From Pelagomonas calceolata (lineage: Eukaryota), in the NCBI GenBank assembly GCA_918797485.1, contig CAKKNE010000001.1, positions 248,001 through 312,000 of the forward strand: a stretch of DNA of 64,000 nt, in the 5' to 3' direction. Below are positions 1 through 11,456 of this stretch, one piece after another; position 1 is the first letter of the stretch, and every line of letters begins with the position of its first letter. The notes beneath the pieces are model-generated. The model was given only the letters and a program-made list of their open reading frames with translations. It did no database searches and was not told the origin of the DNA. Made by a program: the position numbers and the translations under genes.

Positions 1-3000
1 TACCGCGACCGCGAGTCCCTGCTCTTCAATGAACCAGCGAAGCGCACGCTACGACTGGTCGCGCCGCGGTCCTCCTCCTTAAAATCGTCCGGGACAGAAC
101 GACTGGTCTGCGGCCGCTCTTCCGGAATCTCGGCGACGGGTTTTTCCGCCGCTCTCGCTTTGCTCGGGTCCTCGAGAGCTGATGATATAGCTTGGTCCCA
201 CCGCATGGAGGCGTTCTTCGACTTTGTATCTACTGAAGGTTCGTCCTGGATCGCCTTGGCGGACGCGCCACTCCGTTCGGCGGAGCGCGCGTGGAATCCT
301 AATCTGCGAAAGGCTTCCTCGAGTTGGGAAGCGTGCTTCGGCTTCGCGTACAATCGTTGCGTGAGCTCGTGGCGCCGCTCCTTACTCAGGTCGAGGTGGC
401 GGTTCAGCGTACCTGTGTGCGAACGGCCTCAAACTCGAAAAAGAGACCACCCCCGGCATCGTGCGATGGCCACGAGTCGCGTCGACGGCGTGGGACGCCG
501 CGAGCGCACCATATCTAACATCCCTCAGAATTTTCTTCCAGTGCCGCTCGAGGAAGACGTCGTTCCTAAAACAGAGCGACACGAAGCCCGTGTCCTCATG
601 CTCCCGCAAATTCAAATCTTCCTTGCCGAACCGATCCAGCAGCTCCAGATACACTTCCGTGGGGTCCGTACTAATTCTCAATTCGCCGTCCAGAATCATG
701 GGAATCGGCCGCGTCAGGTGAAAGCCCTTCCTCAGTTCATTTTGGGACTGGAGCTTGCCCGCGAAGTGTTCCTGCCACAACGCTTCCTCCTCTTCCTTGG
801 CCACTGCTATGGACTCCAGGTGGTGCCGGCCCGGGCTTTCTTGTTTTTGGACCAGCGCCAAAGCTTGCAGCTCGGCTGCAGGGACGTGGCCACTCCTTCG
901 GTTCGGGTCCAGAAGTCGTTTAGCTGGTCTTGCGATGCAGACGTCATCATTCACGGGCTCTGGATCTGCGTACGTTTGCTCGAACGGCGCGTCGATGCTC
1001 CGAGACGCGTCGTCTTCAGGGATGAGGCGCGAGCGGCTCGAGGGTCGCGTTGGCGACTCCATGACCACTTGCGATGAAGCCTGCTCCCCCACCACTTGGG
1101 AGATGAGCGGCCCCAGTTCCAATTTTGGCTTTGTAGGCTTATCTGATCTGTTATGAAAGATGTCCCGCAGCAACTGTCGCGTGACGGGCCCGTGCACGTC
1201 CGCCTCGACGCAACAAGTAGGCACCAACAAATGGGTCATGGGCGTGTGGCCGCAATGCTTACAAATCAAGTCGCGCACGCCCTCCTTACTGGCATAGCAG
1301 TCGCACTCGCAGCCTTTCCTCATGCACGGGCCCCTCGACACACACAACGAGCAGACGATCCTCCGGTGTAAAGAACAGGGTCTGTAGGACATCCTAGCGA
1401 AGTCGAGGAAGTCGCGCCTGCGTGGCACCGACGCCGTCGCGACACGGCCTCTGTGCACTCACGAGACGCGGTGCGGCCGCGTCGACGGCGTCGAGGCGAC
1501 GCGGCATCGCCTCGACGCCATCGCGGCGACCACGTCATGCGCGGAGCATCGCGGTCCCTCGACGCGGTCCGAACGGCCTCGAATTCGAAAAAGAAACCAC
1601 CCAGGTCATCGTGCGATGGCCACGAGTCGCGTCGACGGCGTGAAGGCGACGACAGACGCCGCGTCGGCACCAGCAGACGACGCCGTTGCGCTTCTTGTCG
1701 AACATCGACGCCCAGCCCTCGACCTCCGACGGGAGTATTGGTAAACCTTTCGCCTGCCACAACGCGTTGAGGGCCTTCCGGAACTCGAACTTCGAGCAGT
1801 TTCCCAATTCCAGATCATCATAAGGTAGAAAATGTACTTTATCTTGATCGGTGAACCACGTCTCCGGCCGCTGCCACGACTTACTTGTTGTGATCGTCGT
1901 GACGGACTCTACGTCATCTGAAGTGACGCGGTACGACGCCTTTGGCAGCAACGCCTCGAGGTCGCGCTTCCTCTCGGGCGAGACGGAACCGACCATGCGC
2001 CAGCACTCCTCAACTATCTTTCGCTTCGCAAAGCCGCGCGTCCTCCCGCCATAGCCTCGCCACGCTCGCTGGATATCATTGGCGCATTTCCGTCGCCTCG
2101 CAATTTTCTTGCGCATGATCCGCCGACAAATTAACGCGCGGAACAGCGCCTGGCACAAGGTAGCTTTTTGGACCTCCCTGGCTCTTTGTCGTCGCAGCCG
2201 CTCCACAGCCTCCCGCGACAGTTTAGCGCGGATGATCTTCGCGAGGCCCGTACTAGCTTTCTCTCTCTCCCTGAAGAGCCTTCTGGCAGCAGCGGCCTTG
2301 AAGCGACCGATACACCCGAGCATCACCCGATTCACGATCTCTCTAGCTCGTCGCTCGCGCCACGCCTCCCGCCTCTGATACTGCAACGTGTTTATGGTTT
2401 GGCGCTGCATGTTCTCCCGCAAAACGTGGCCCGCTTTGTTCAGGCGGAGGCGTTCCTTTACGACGAGCTCTCCCGAAAGACGACACCCCTCAAAATCCGT
2501 TGGATCAACTCAATAGCAGAAACACGCTTCTTGGCAGTTCTGGTAGCCACGACGCTGCGTGAACGACTTGCAGACCGCCTGGAGGCACGTGGACGGCGGC
2601 GACGCGCTCCTACATCTTCTGAGTAATTTCCTTCGGTAGGCCACGTTCCGCGAGATGTGCGCGCGGCAGAACGCTTGGATCGTGCCGATCTTCTTCCACT
2701 GCGCGTAGCGCTTCTTCTCTTGACCTGCGTGGCACCGACGCCGTGGGCGTTTCCGCGACGCGAGAGCGGTCGGAAGGCCGCGTCGACGGCGTCACGGTGG
2801 CATCGCGTCGCGTCGACGCCGTCGACGCAACTTCAAGTTGAGAAGTTGAAGTTCAACACTGACTCACCTTTCTCAAACGGCGCGTTCATCTTCCGCGTGA
2901 GCCAGTCCTCCTTTTGGGGCGGGACCTGTGTGGCACGGACACCGTCGCGAGACGAAGCTCGCGTCGCGTCGACGGCGTGAAGGCACCGCAGCACCGCGGG

Positions 3001-5347
3001 ACGCCGAGATCATGCGTATTTCACGGGATCCTCGAACTGCTTGCCGTTGTCGTACTCGATGTAGTTGTCCGAAGGACAAAAAATGTGTCTCGCCGCGTTG
3101 CTTTCCGCCAGTGCGGCCATCACCTTGCTGAGCAACTCCGAACCGGGCAGGGGCCAGCCCACGTCGACGGGAGGCCTTCCGTACTTGGCCACGTAATGCG
3201 ACACACATAATCCATCACCGTTGGGCACGGCAATCGACGCGGAAGCCTGCGCGGAACGGACGCCGTCGCGACACTGTCGATGGCGTCACGGTGACGAGCA
3301 GTCGCAAGTTCAAGTTCATTTTCACGCCCGAGTCAGCGCCTCCGTCTCGTGCGGCATGCAACACGTAGTTCTATGCCAGGGGCACGTCTCGAGGGGCTCG
3401 CCCGTCACGGGACTGATTTGTACTAAATTCTCGCACATGAGGCCCCGCTCGCGCGGCACGGACTTGTCGGGGCACCACGTACACACACTGCTGGTGGTTA
3501 ACTTGGCTCTCCGCTCGATGCACTCCCGTTCCACTTTTTCCACAATGCGCTTCCGCTCATCCGCTTCGATCTCCCACTTCGTCTTGGCATGTTGAGCTTT
3601 CTTCTTGTGGCTGACAATGACTCCTGGTGTTTTTAATCGAGTGAGGACCTCGGGCGGCACGTGCGTCTCGCGCACGTAACACGCCGTACAAAGAGCTAAA
3701 TCGTTGGGCACGGCGATAGATCGCGGCCGGATCCCGTGGTCGCCGGCGCAGTACGACATGTGCCACCTGCGCGGAGCATCGCGGTTCGGTCCGAACGGCC
3801 TCTTCAGCAAAAAAGAAACCACTCTCATGGAAGTGAGATGGACACGAGTCGTATTAATGAAGTGAAGGCACCGCGGGACGCCGAGACCGACGCGCAACAG
3901 CTGAACTCCTCGAGGACACTCACGCCGAAGCGGTCGACGACCCGCCGCCACGGGTGGACGAAGCGCTCGTTGGAACAGAGGTACTTCTTGCCTGTGGCCT
4001 CGTCCGTGTGCGTCCACTGGCACCTTATAGCCTCCTTCGCTTCTTCGCGCATCTTCCGCCTGCGTGTCGCGAGAGCGTGAAACCGCCGCGAAACCGCCGT
4101 AGCTCCCTCTCGCGACGCGTAGACTCTCGTGTGATCACGGCGACCACGTCATGCGCCGAGCATCGCGGTCGCTCGAAATCAAAAAAGAAACCACCCCCGG
4201 CGTCGTGGGTGAGATACGAGTCACATCAAGACGCGGAGCGCGCGCCGCATCTCCTCGAGCTGCTTTTCCGGGGCCACTTCTTTCCCGAGCAGCTCGGCCA
4301 TGTACTGCGCGTGCCTCCGTTCCTTCTTTAGGACTTGTGGCCAATCTTGGAGGTGCATGGGCTTCTCGCCGGGCCGGTCGAGCGTCATCAGCCGGAAGTC
4401 GCGTTGCACTTTCCTGAGGACTGCGGAACTTTCCAATTTGGACTTGTCGGCACCACTCGCTTCGGCGGACTTGATCATGGAGCGCGGCGGCTTCCAGACC
4501 CACTGCTCATGTTGTATCATGGCATCTTTGACCTGCGTCGAACGACAGCGTCGCGACACGGCCGCGGCTCCCGAGTCGCGTAGACTCTCATGCGGCCACG
4601 TCGACGGCGCCACGGCGACGTGGTATTGCGTCGACGCCATCGACGCGAACTTGAAGTTCAGAAAACTTCAGAAACAGACGCCGCGTCACGCACGTGGTTA
4701 AAATCCGTGAAATCTTGTGCTGAATCATGGAGCTGCTCGCGCAGCGCGTCGGCGTGCATGCCCGCCTCGCAGAGCTTCACCAAATGTTTGGCCCGATTCG
4801 TCTCGGCGACCATCTTCCGGCGATTATGCAACGCCTCGTTCGCGGCGCGCGCCTCCCACCTGCGTGGACATCGACGAGTGGGACCTCCGAGCGATGCACG
4901 CGACCGTATCCAGAGAGGAGCACCTCACCCAGACCCCAACAAACCTCAAATTGAAGCACAGTTGAACTTTGACGCGGCTTCGCACCAGTCCGGAGTAAAA
5001 GGAATCATCGCCAACACGCTTTCCAGCGTCGTGACCTGGGGCAGCGTCGTCTCGTCGTCGCTGCTCGAGTAGTCGGACGAGTCCTCGTCGTCCTCTTTTC
5101 CTTCGTCGCTGTCGGTCGTGACGCTGTCCTCGTCGCTCGAGTTGTATTCCCGCTCGACGCCGCCGCGCAGACATGCTACTACGTGGAGTGTCGCGTCCTT
5201 CTGGACGTTGGCGTCTCTCAGACTTCCAGTTATGTAGGTACCGTTGTGGAGGAGCCTGCCGCCTCCACAGATGTCGGCGGCGGTCGCGTCGGCTGCGACG
5301 TCGAGCGTCCGCGTGCGGCCATCGAGGTCCTCGACGAAGATCTGCAT
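1..5347 (-). CDS. Large multi-exon protein: N-terminal ubiquitin-like domain (ends LRGG), acidic linker, Cys/His-rich zinc-finger-like repeats, several IQ motifs and an EF-hand-like motif; 3' end runs off the window
   Basis: Exons joined by hand across introns at about 4860-4967, 4533-4693, 4060-4245, 3767-3891, 3247-3339, 2926-3015, 2725-2867, 1418-1670 and 413-509. IQ-like motifs TIQAFCRAH, LIQRILRG, LCQALFRA and DIQRAWRGY; EF-hand-like FDKKRNGVVCWRDF. Probable indels near 2470-2530. The link from the UBL exon to the rest is the least certain part. Confidence 0.6.
413..509 (-). mobile_element. Introner-like spliceosomal intron (GT-AG)
   Basis: Removal restores the frame (YG|TLNRH). Carries the shared core gaacggcctcaaactcgaaaaagagaccaccc...gatggccacgagtcgcgtcgacggcgtg seen in other introns of the window. 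Confidence 0.75.
1418..1670 (-). mobile_element. Introner-like intron (GT-AG)
   Basis: Removal gives VVCW|RDFLDF. Shares the core gcggtccgaacggcctcgaattcgaaaaagaaaccaccc. Confidence 0.75.
2725..2867 (-). mobile_element. Introner-like intron (GT-AG)
   Basis: GTGAGT donor and ACGCAG acceptor. The 3' end resembles intron 1418-1670 (cctgcgtggcaccgacgccgt on +). Confidence 0.65.
2926..3015 (-). mobile_element. Introner-like intron with GC donor (GC-AG)
   Basis: The 5' end gcatgatctcggcgtcccgcggtgctgcggtgccttcacgccgtcgacgcg aligns with the GT-starting introns at 47811-47889 and 48212-48353. Removal gives VKY|VPPQK. Confidence 0.65.
3247..3339 (-). mobile_element. Introner-like intron with GC donor
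   Basis: The 5' end gcgctgactcgg...aacttgaacttg matches gtactgactcgg and gtgctgactcag of introns 39217-39340 and 37191-37353. Removal gives HETE|ASASIAVPN. Confidence 0.6.
3767..3891 (-). mobile_element. Introner-like intron (GT-AG)
   Basis: Removal gives SCCA|WHMSYC. Shares the core cggtccgaacggcctc...aaaagaaaccac and the 3' end gatgctccgcgcag. Confidence 0.7.
4060..4245 (-). mobile_element. Introner-like intron (donor uncertain, probably GC)
   Basis: Contains the aaaaagaaaccacccccggcgtcgtg core. Removal joins EEMR|RKMREEAK. Confidence 0.55.
4533..4693 (-). mobile_element. Introner-like intron (GT-AG)
   Basis: GTGCGT donor; removal gives DFNH|VKDAM. Similar to intron 37191-37353 (cgaacgacagcgtc...gacgccatcgacgcgaa..tgaagttc). 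Confidence 0.7.
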
Positions 5348-5719
5348 GGTCGTGCGCCGCGGGCGCCGCGCCGGGCAGCGGTCTGGGGCTGCCCCTTGCT
5401 CCTGGGCGCTGAGGCCTCCGGTCTCCCTTCAATACGCGGTCGCGGCCGGCAGCGCGCGCGTGAGGCCCCGCCGGGCGGTGCAAATCGGTCCGTCGGCCAG
5501 GACTGGGCCCGTCCGAGGCGCGACGCCAACAGCGCTGCGGCCAGATAATGGCTAGCTCATAGAGCTACTAGCCAGCACATAGCTTGTCGAAGCAAATCGG
5601 CTCGCAATCGACCGCAGATTGACGGTGTGAAGAGGCGCGGACGCGAATTTCGTCTCTCGTCGCTGCTCGCGGCAGAACGACTGGTCGTCGAGGCAGCCCA
5701 CTGCTGCCCACGTAGCCTC

Positions 5720-6910
5720 ATGGAGCCGCCCCTCGACAAGGAGGACCCCCGCGGTCGCGCCGACTCCATTTTGAGCGACGCGACGCCGCCGAACTCCCCG
5801 AGGCGGCGCGGCTCCTTAGATTTGTCGACGGACGACGAGCGCCGGCCGCCGGCGACCGACTCCGTGCTCGCCGAGGAGATTAAGAGAGATATACTGGACG
5901 TCCAGGACCCCGTCGTGGCGACGGCCTGGATCGTGTTGTTGGTTTGTGGCGCCGAGGCGTGTTCCGTGGTCTGCACGGCGCGTTTGCTGCAGGCGTGGCC
6001 GTATGCACTTTCGGTAGCGTGTGCGGAGTTGCTCCTGGGACCGTTGACGGCTCTGCCGTTCTGGCTCTGTGGGGCTAGACCCTGGCCCTCGTTCTACGGC
6101 GAGGACGTGCCGCGCTTCTGGTTTCCTGCGGCGTTAGCTCTGGCTGCTGTTTCTGTGAGTGCGACCTTCGCGGCCGATGCCCGGGGCGCTCCGATCCTCC
6201 GAGACGTCGATGTGGACGGCGCCTGGCGGTCGTTGGCCGCGACGCGGCGCGACGTCGCCGCGGCCTACGCTTCGCTGTCTTGGACTGGTGGCAAGGTCGC
6301 CGCGTCGAGTACGTCGACAGACGTCCTCGCGACCTTTGATAGGTTGGGGCCTCGAAGCGCATTAGCTCCGTCCCGAGCCATGCTGGAAGCTTTAGGAGCC
6401 TACGCCGGCGCGAATCCTAGACCGTCTTCGACATATGGGGCGGCCGCGGCCGTCGCCGCCGCTCTCATAGCGTCGCATATTGCATCGATACTGTCATCGG
6501 ATGAGACGCCGGGCTTCCTGAATCGCGACGGCGAGCCCACCTCGAAGCTCGGGGTCTTGGCTTGTCTCGCGTTCGGGAGCGGATTGCTCGCAGCCACGTG
6601 GCACGCCGCGGCCCACGCTCATACGGCCCTCGGCGTCGACGAGCGCCCGCCGGCGAACGTGGCGTCGTCCCTGAGCTTGTTGGCGGGGCTGCTGCTCCTG
6701 CCGTACGCTTATCTGATCCAGGGTCCCGAAGCCCTCTCATATGATACGAATTCGAGGGTCGTCTACTTGGTCGTGGCCGCGGCCTTCGCATCCCAATTAA
6801 AAAGGGAGCTCCAGGTCCACGCCTTGCGGAGCCTGCCGCCCGGGGCCGCCGCGGTGTTGGGGGCCGCGCGGGGCCTCGCGGTCGCGCTCGCCGTGGCGGC
6901 GGGGGCCTAG
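5720..6910 (+). CDS. Multi-pass membrane protein, divergent triose-phosphate/nucleotide-sugar transporter (DMT superfamily)-like
   Basis: Many hydrophobic segments. WPYALSVACAELLLGPLTALPFWLCGARP resembles the N-terminal helix of plastid phosphate translocators. ATG at 5720. Confidence 0.5.
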   Translation: MEPPLDKEDPRGRADSILSDATPPNSPRRRGSLDLSTDDERRPPATDSVLAEEIKRDILDVQDPVVATAWIVLLVCGAEACSVVCTARLLQAWPYALSVACAELLLGPLTALPFWLCGARPWPSFYGEDVPRFWFPAALALAAVSVSATFAADARGAPILRDVDVDGAWRSLAATRRDVAAAYASLSWTGGKVAASSTSTDVLATFDRLGPRSALAPSRAMLEALGAYAGANPRPSSTYGAAAAVAAALIASHIASILSSDETPGFLNRDGEPTSKLGVLACLAFGSGLLAATWHAAAHAHTALGVDERPPANVASSLSLLAGLLLLPYAYLIQGPEALSYDTNSRVVYLVVAAAFASQLKRELQVHALRSLPPGAAAVLGAARGLAVALAVAAGA

Positions 6911-6971
6911 CGTTCTTCTACGGGGGCTTTTAAGGGGCTCTTAGGGTCTGGCCGCGCGAAATTGTACGTGT

Positions 6972-6991
6972 CTAGTGTCTTACAACGCTAG
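6972..6991 (+). promoter_or_regulatory. CTAG-box intergenic motif copy
   Basis: ctagtgtcttacaacgctag, about 220 bp upstream of ATG 7210. Confidence 0.55.
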
Positions 6992-7209
6992 CTGCGCTTG
7001 CGGCTTGGTCGCCTACTCGTGTGAGGACGACAGCGGTGCGTGTGCGCCAGACAGTTGCTTAAATTAACGTCTCTGGCGCCGTTGAGGCCAAAGCGCTGTG
7101 AATTTTTACGCGTTCGGCCGTTTCAGCTTCGGAGAGCGCCGACAGCAGAGATTGTGTGCCTTGAGCAACTAGCCGCCAGCGGACTGCGCGCGCATCGTAA
7201 CTCTGCGAC

Positions 7210-9009
7210 ATGTCGTCGCGTAGCGCTGCGGACGCGCTGCGGGCGCTGAGCCTCGGGCCAGCCAGCTCTCAGGCGACGGCCGATGCCAAAATCACGGTCG
7301 GCGCGCGCATCGCGATGACGCGCCTGGTGCCGGACGAGAGCGATCTGCGAAACGCCCGCGCAAACAGGGCCTCAGCCGCACGCTCGCAAGTCGCAGCCAT
7401 CGCTCGCAGAGCCGCACTCGCTCGCGCGGTAGAGTTCGGAGCTGCGGACACTTGTGTCGGCGTCGTCGAGGGCATCGACGGCGAACGCGTCGTTGTCAGG
7501 CTGGACTGCGGTCTGCGCGTGATCATCGGCGCGGAATCTGTGTCGTCCCGAAGTGTGGATTCGGACGACGCCCCGCCCGTCGGCGCCTTCGTCGAGCTGC
7601 AGGGCCTCGCAAGCGCGGCGTTCAACGGCCGCCGCGGCGTCGTCACGGCGACTCCGCCGGACGTTGCGGCTGTGGGCCGTGTGGCCGTCGTCATCGACGG
7701 CCGAAGCATTGCCATCAAGCGCGCAAACGTCATCTTCGCATCCGACGCTGTCGTGGATGCGAGCTCTGACGTGTGGTTTCGCGAGGAAGCCTGGGTCAAC
7801 ATCCTCCCGTTTCTAGATGCGCGAGCGCTCGCGCGGTTCGTGTTGGCGTCCCGGCGGGCCGACGGGCGACGCTGGGCCGAGGCACATGTCGAGCGGACTG
7901 TCGCTGCTGTCGCGGTGCGCGCGCCGACGCTCCTGGCGACGCGACACGAAGCCGTGCCTCTCATCCAGTGGTTGGCGACCACAGTCGAGCCGCAGCTCGC
8001 GGGCGACCGCGCCGCGGCCGCTTCCCTTGGACCGCAGGGGCGACTGCATGGTATCGCTCTTCTGCCTCTTCGCGGCGTGTCCTCTGGAGTCCTTCTTGCG
8101 TGCCGAGGGGTGCCTGGGCCGCGACGTCGGAGTGTACGCGGCGCTGGAGGCGTACGTGAATCGCACGGGCGGCCCGGACGGCCCAGATGGTGCTCGGGTG
8201 CTACTGACGACGTTGCGGCAGGTGCTCATGGAGTCGCATTCAAATTTCCCTGCCGAGGGCCAGCCCGGCGATGCGATGGATGTTTTTGCTGATATACTTT
8301 CGCATTTCGATGATATCCTTGCAAGAATACCGTGCGACCGCCCGGTGACGCTCGCATCGTCGCATTATGACGCGGACGACGCTGGCGCCGTACTAAGAGC
8401 TGCACAAAGTCAGGTTGGGCCAATGCGCCTGGTGTCCTATACGCCGAGCTTGCTAGCTACGAGCGAAGGGTTACAAAGGACGAGACGGGAGACTTCGACG
8501 TAGTTGAGCTGAACTGCTTTTTGCGGCTCCAGCCTCGCGGTGGCGCCTCCCTCTATGACATGATCGACGCTGCAATCGCACCAGAGCAATTTGGCGGCGC
8601 CTCCAACGGGACTCTCCAGAGAACCATCTGGTGCACGGGCCGCGTACTTGTATTTAACCTCATCCTCTATCAATGGGACGGAGCAACCCAGCGCACGCGT
8701 TTCAATGCCGCATTGTTGGACGATCCCATCTCGTTTCCGGTCGAGGGCCTCGACATGACGCGGTATGTCCACCGACCGGCCGCGTCCGAAGTCTTCGACC
8801 TGGTCGGCGCTGTCCTTTTCTTAAGTTACGGGAATGGAGGTCACTACGTAGCGGTGACCTACCACGAGCTCTCCCGGTGCTGGTTCCTCTTCGACGACGA
8901 CACGGTCGAGCGCCTGGACTCGCTGGAGGCCTACGTCGCCGAGGAGGGGGCGGTGCCGACGATTCTCTTCTATCGGCGCCGCCCTGCCGCAGCCCGTCCT
9001 TTGAAGTAG
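7210..9009 (+). CDS. SH3-like + F-box-like + ubiquitin-specific protease (C19/USP)-like protein; two apparent frameshifts
   Basis: F-box-like EEAWVNILPFLDARALARFVLASR; Cys-box-like GDCMVSLFCLFAACP; QPGDAMDVF; His-box FDLVGAVLFLSYGNGGHYVA...WFLFDDDTV. Split over ORFs 7210-8292, 7817-8503 and 8521-9009. Confidence 0.6.
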
Positions 9010-9049
9010 GACGCGTGTAAGTTGCATTTGTCACCAACGCAGTCCCCGG

Positions 9050-9072
9050 CTAGTGTCTTTACAGACCGCTAG
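9050..9072 (+). promoter_or_regulatory. CTAG-box intergenic motif copy
   Basis: ctagtgtctttacagaccgctag, about 107 bp upstream of ATG 9179. Confidence 0.55.
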
Positions 9073-9178
9073 CGCGAATTTTCAGGCGGGACGCGTCGAC
9101 GCAGATGGAATGGCTGCCCATTTTGGGCCAGACACGACGTGAGGACGCTGCCCGCGGCGCCGCGGACCATCCCTAGCG

Positions 9179-10649
9179 ATGCTGCTGCTCGGCCTCACAG
9201 CTGTCCATGCAGAGCTCTTCACCTCACCTAAAGTAGTGGCACAGTTCGGCAGGCAGAACCCGGCGCGCTACTTCGGCATCGTCGACTACAATTCCTCCTT
9301 ACTAGTCTATGCGAGGACGGGCCACTATCCGCACGCGGATCCGAATCCACGCACGCTACTGTGGACAGGATGCGACCACAACCTGAACTGCATCTCTCGT
9401 TCAAATACACAATTGGCGCCCTGGCCTTCCTCATTAGCGCACAACGCGGCCATCTACGTGGCAAATGACCAATGGTATGTGATTGGCGGGCTCTGGGGTC
9501 CGGGAACGAGAAAAAGGGGGCTCGAGCGACGGGGACCTTTCTCCAGCATAGACGAGTTGCTCGCGTCGGACGAGGGTCCGGTGTTGGTCCAAGGCGACCA
9601 CGAGGGCTGCGTCGACCGACGCCCGCGGCAACGCGGTTCCTGCGAGTTCGACGGGAAAGTGTCCGTGGTCGACGGGAGGTTGTATGCCCGGGCCAACTTG
9701 GTGAGGAGAAATGCTTCCAACGGCATGTTCGGCGGGCGGCACGTGCAAGTTCTGAAATTTGAACCGGCTTTATCGAATTTTGAATTGATCAGTGTGCGCG
9801 ACTACCGTGGAGTGGGAGCGCCGCCCGTGAGTGGGGACAACGTCTACTTCGCCGTGGTCTTGCGAAACCCCGTCGCGAAGGGCTACATATTGTTGGCGCC
9901 GGTCGTGCGCGAAGAGCCGACGCGGAAAGCGTTTATTGGGATGGCGTTTTCGTGTGACGGCGTGCACTTTTCTGAATTCTTACGAGTGCTAGAATCGACG
10001 CCGGCGTCCTACGGCCGCGGCACGGACCATCCCGTGGACGGGGTGGTCGTGCGGGGCCCAAACGCCTACTTCTACGTCCACCGAGACGTGCCCGGCGTGC
10101 GGGCCGAGGAGATCTATAAGAGCCGGCTCGTGCGGTACACCGTGCCTCTCGCGGAGCTGAAGGCCGTGGCGGAACGCCGCCTGGACTGCGCGCCCGTCCC
10201 GAGCTGTGTGGAAAACAACCAGCACTAAGTCATTGCTCGGCGATGACGCGGCGGTGCTGCCCCCATCGAGCGGTGCGGAACCGGCACCGCCACGCCATCG
10301 AGCAGGCGTCGCGTCGATGGCGTGGAGGACGACGCGAACGCGCCGTAAAATTTTGATTTCCACACAGGTCCCGCGGCCGCCGCTCGACTTCGACGCGTGC
10401 TGGCTCGCATGCTTGTCGAGAGCTCGCGCCCGCGGCGACACGCGGCGCGGCGGCTTCCTGGACTCGTGCTTGGAACCGTGCTACCCGCCGCCCGGGGACG
10501 AGTGCCGGAGCCTGCGCCTCAGGTATGGCATCCGAGCGGGGACGTCGTGGGGCGCGGCCGCCGACTCGGCCGCGGTCCAGGCGCGGTGGGCGGCATTGTC
10601 GTGTGACGAGCTCGTGGGCGACGGGGTGGCGAATAAGTGGCGAGCGTAG
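9179..10649 (+). CDS. Secreted protein of unknown function (possibly beta-propeller/glycoside-hydrolase-like) with a Cys-rich C-terminal module; one intron
   Basis: Signal peptide MLLLGLTAVHA. Removing intron 10196-10367 extends the ORF (DCAP|VPRPPL) to TAG 10647-10649. Confidence 0.6.
10196..10367 (+). mobile_element. Introner element with TIR and 8-bp TSD
   Basis: TIRs ctgtgtggaaaacaa and ttgatttccacacag; TSD gtcccgag/gtcccgcg. The GT donor comes from the TSD and the AG from the element end. Confidence 0.85.
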
Positions 10650-10700
10650 TGTTATTTTCTTCTACTTAGTTCCTAGTGTTATCTTCTTCTACTTAGTTCC
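10647..10700. repeat. 27-bp tandem duplication between two convergent genes
   Basis: tagtgttattttcttctacttagttcc followed by tagtgttatcttcttctacttagttcc (one mismatch). Confidence 0.85.
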
Positions 10701-11456
10701 CCCCTCAGGCGTTGGTTTCCGTTGCGACCGGGCGCGTTTGCAGGCAGCCTTATGGCTGGACCAGTGATGGCGCTGGCACACTTGGCTGCAGTAAGGGACC
10801 TCACCGCAACCGGCGCACTTCTTCATCGAACGGCGCCAGACCTGTCCGCAGGCGGCGCAGGTACGTAGCTTTCGGCTCGCGCTTACCACCCCATCTAGCA
10901 TGAACGGTTGGTTTTTCAGCAACGGAAACCGCATCAGCATGACGGGAGGCGACGCCTCGTCGGGGAGCATGAAGACATATTCGCCCTCGGATAGTTGCAT
11001 CATGGCTCCGGACTCGCAGGGAAGCAAAACGTGACCACTCAGCGCGTAGACGTTCACGAGCGGCTCGCCTTTTGTTTTTCCCTTCTGCTCCACCTGCGTA
11101 ATTAGGGCAAAGAAGGTGCACGTCGTGTCAAAGTAAGTCGTGACGACCCGTGTGTTGCTCGTTTGCCCGAGGAGCAACTCAGTGGCGCCGGCGACGGCTT
11201 GCGGGTCCACCGGAAAGTTTTTCTGGGCGTGTTGCCGCATCCAGTCGTCGATGGGGCGCCACGCGCGCTGCTCTGTCGTCCTTCTCTTCATTGTGGCGAA
11301 TGTGCAGGCTTCAGCCTGGCCTTTGGGGTCGTGGAGGAGCTTTTTGCCGTCGTGCAGCGAGCCGAGCCCGCCGTACGTGTGCGTAGACCAATCGGTAGTT
11401 TCTCGTTTTGCTGTCGCCTCCGTCGTCTCCTGCGCCTCCTTCGTCTCTTCCGCCAT
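10689..11456 (-). CDS. MYND-type zinc finger protein
   Basis: C-terminal CAACG...KKCAGCGEVPYCSQVCQRHHWSSHKAAC; likely start MAEETKE at 11456. Confidence 0.8.
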   Translation of the reverse strand: MAEETKEAQETTEATAKRETTDWSTHTYGGLGSLHDGKKLLHDPKGQAEACTFATMKRRTTEQRAWRPIDDWMRQHAQKNFPVDPQAVAGATELLLGQTSNTRVVTTYFDTTCTFFALITQVEQKGKTKGEPLVNVYALSGHVLLPCESGAMMQLSEGEYVFMLPDEASPPVMLMRFPLLKNQPFMLDGVVSASRKLRTCAACGQVWRRSMKKCAGCGEVPYCSQVCQRHHWSSHKAACKRARSQRKPTPEGGTK

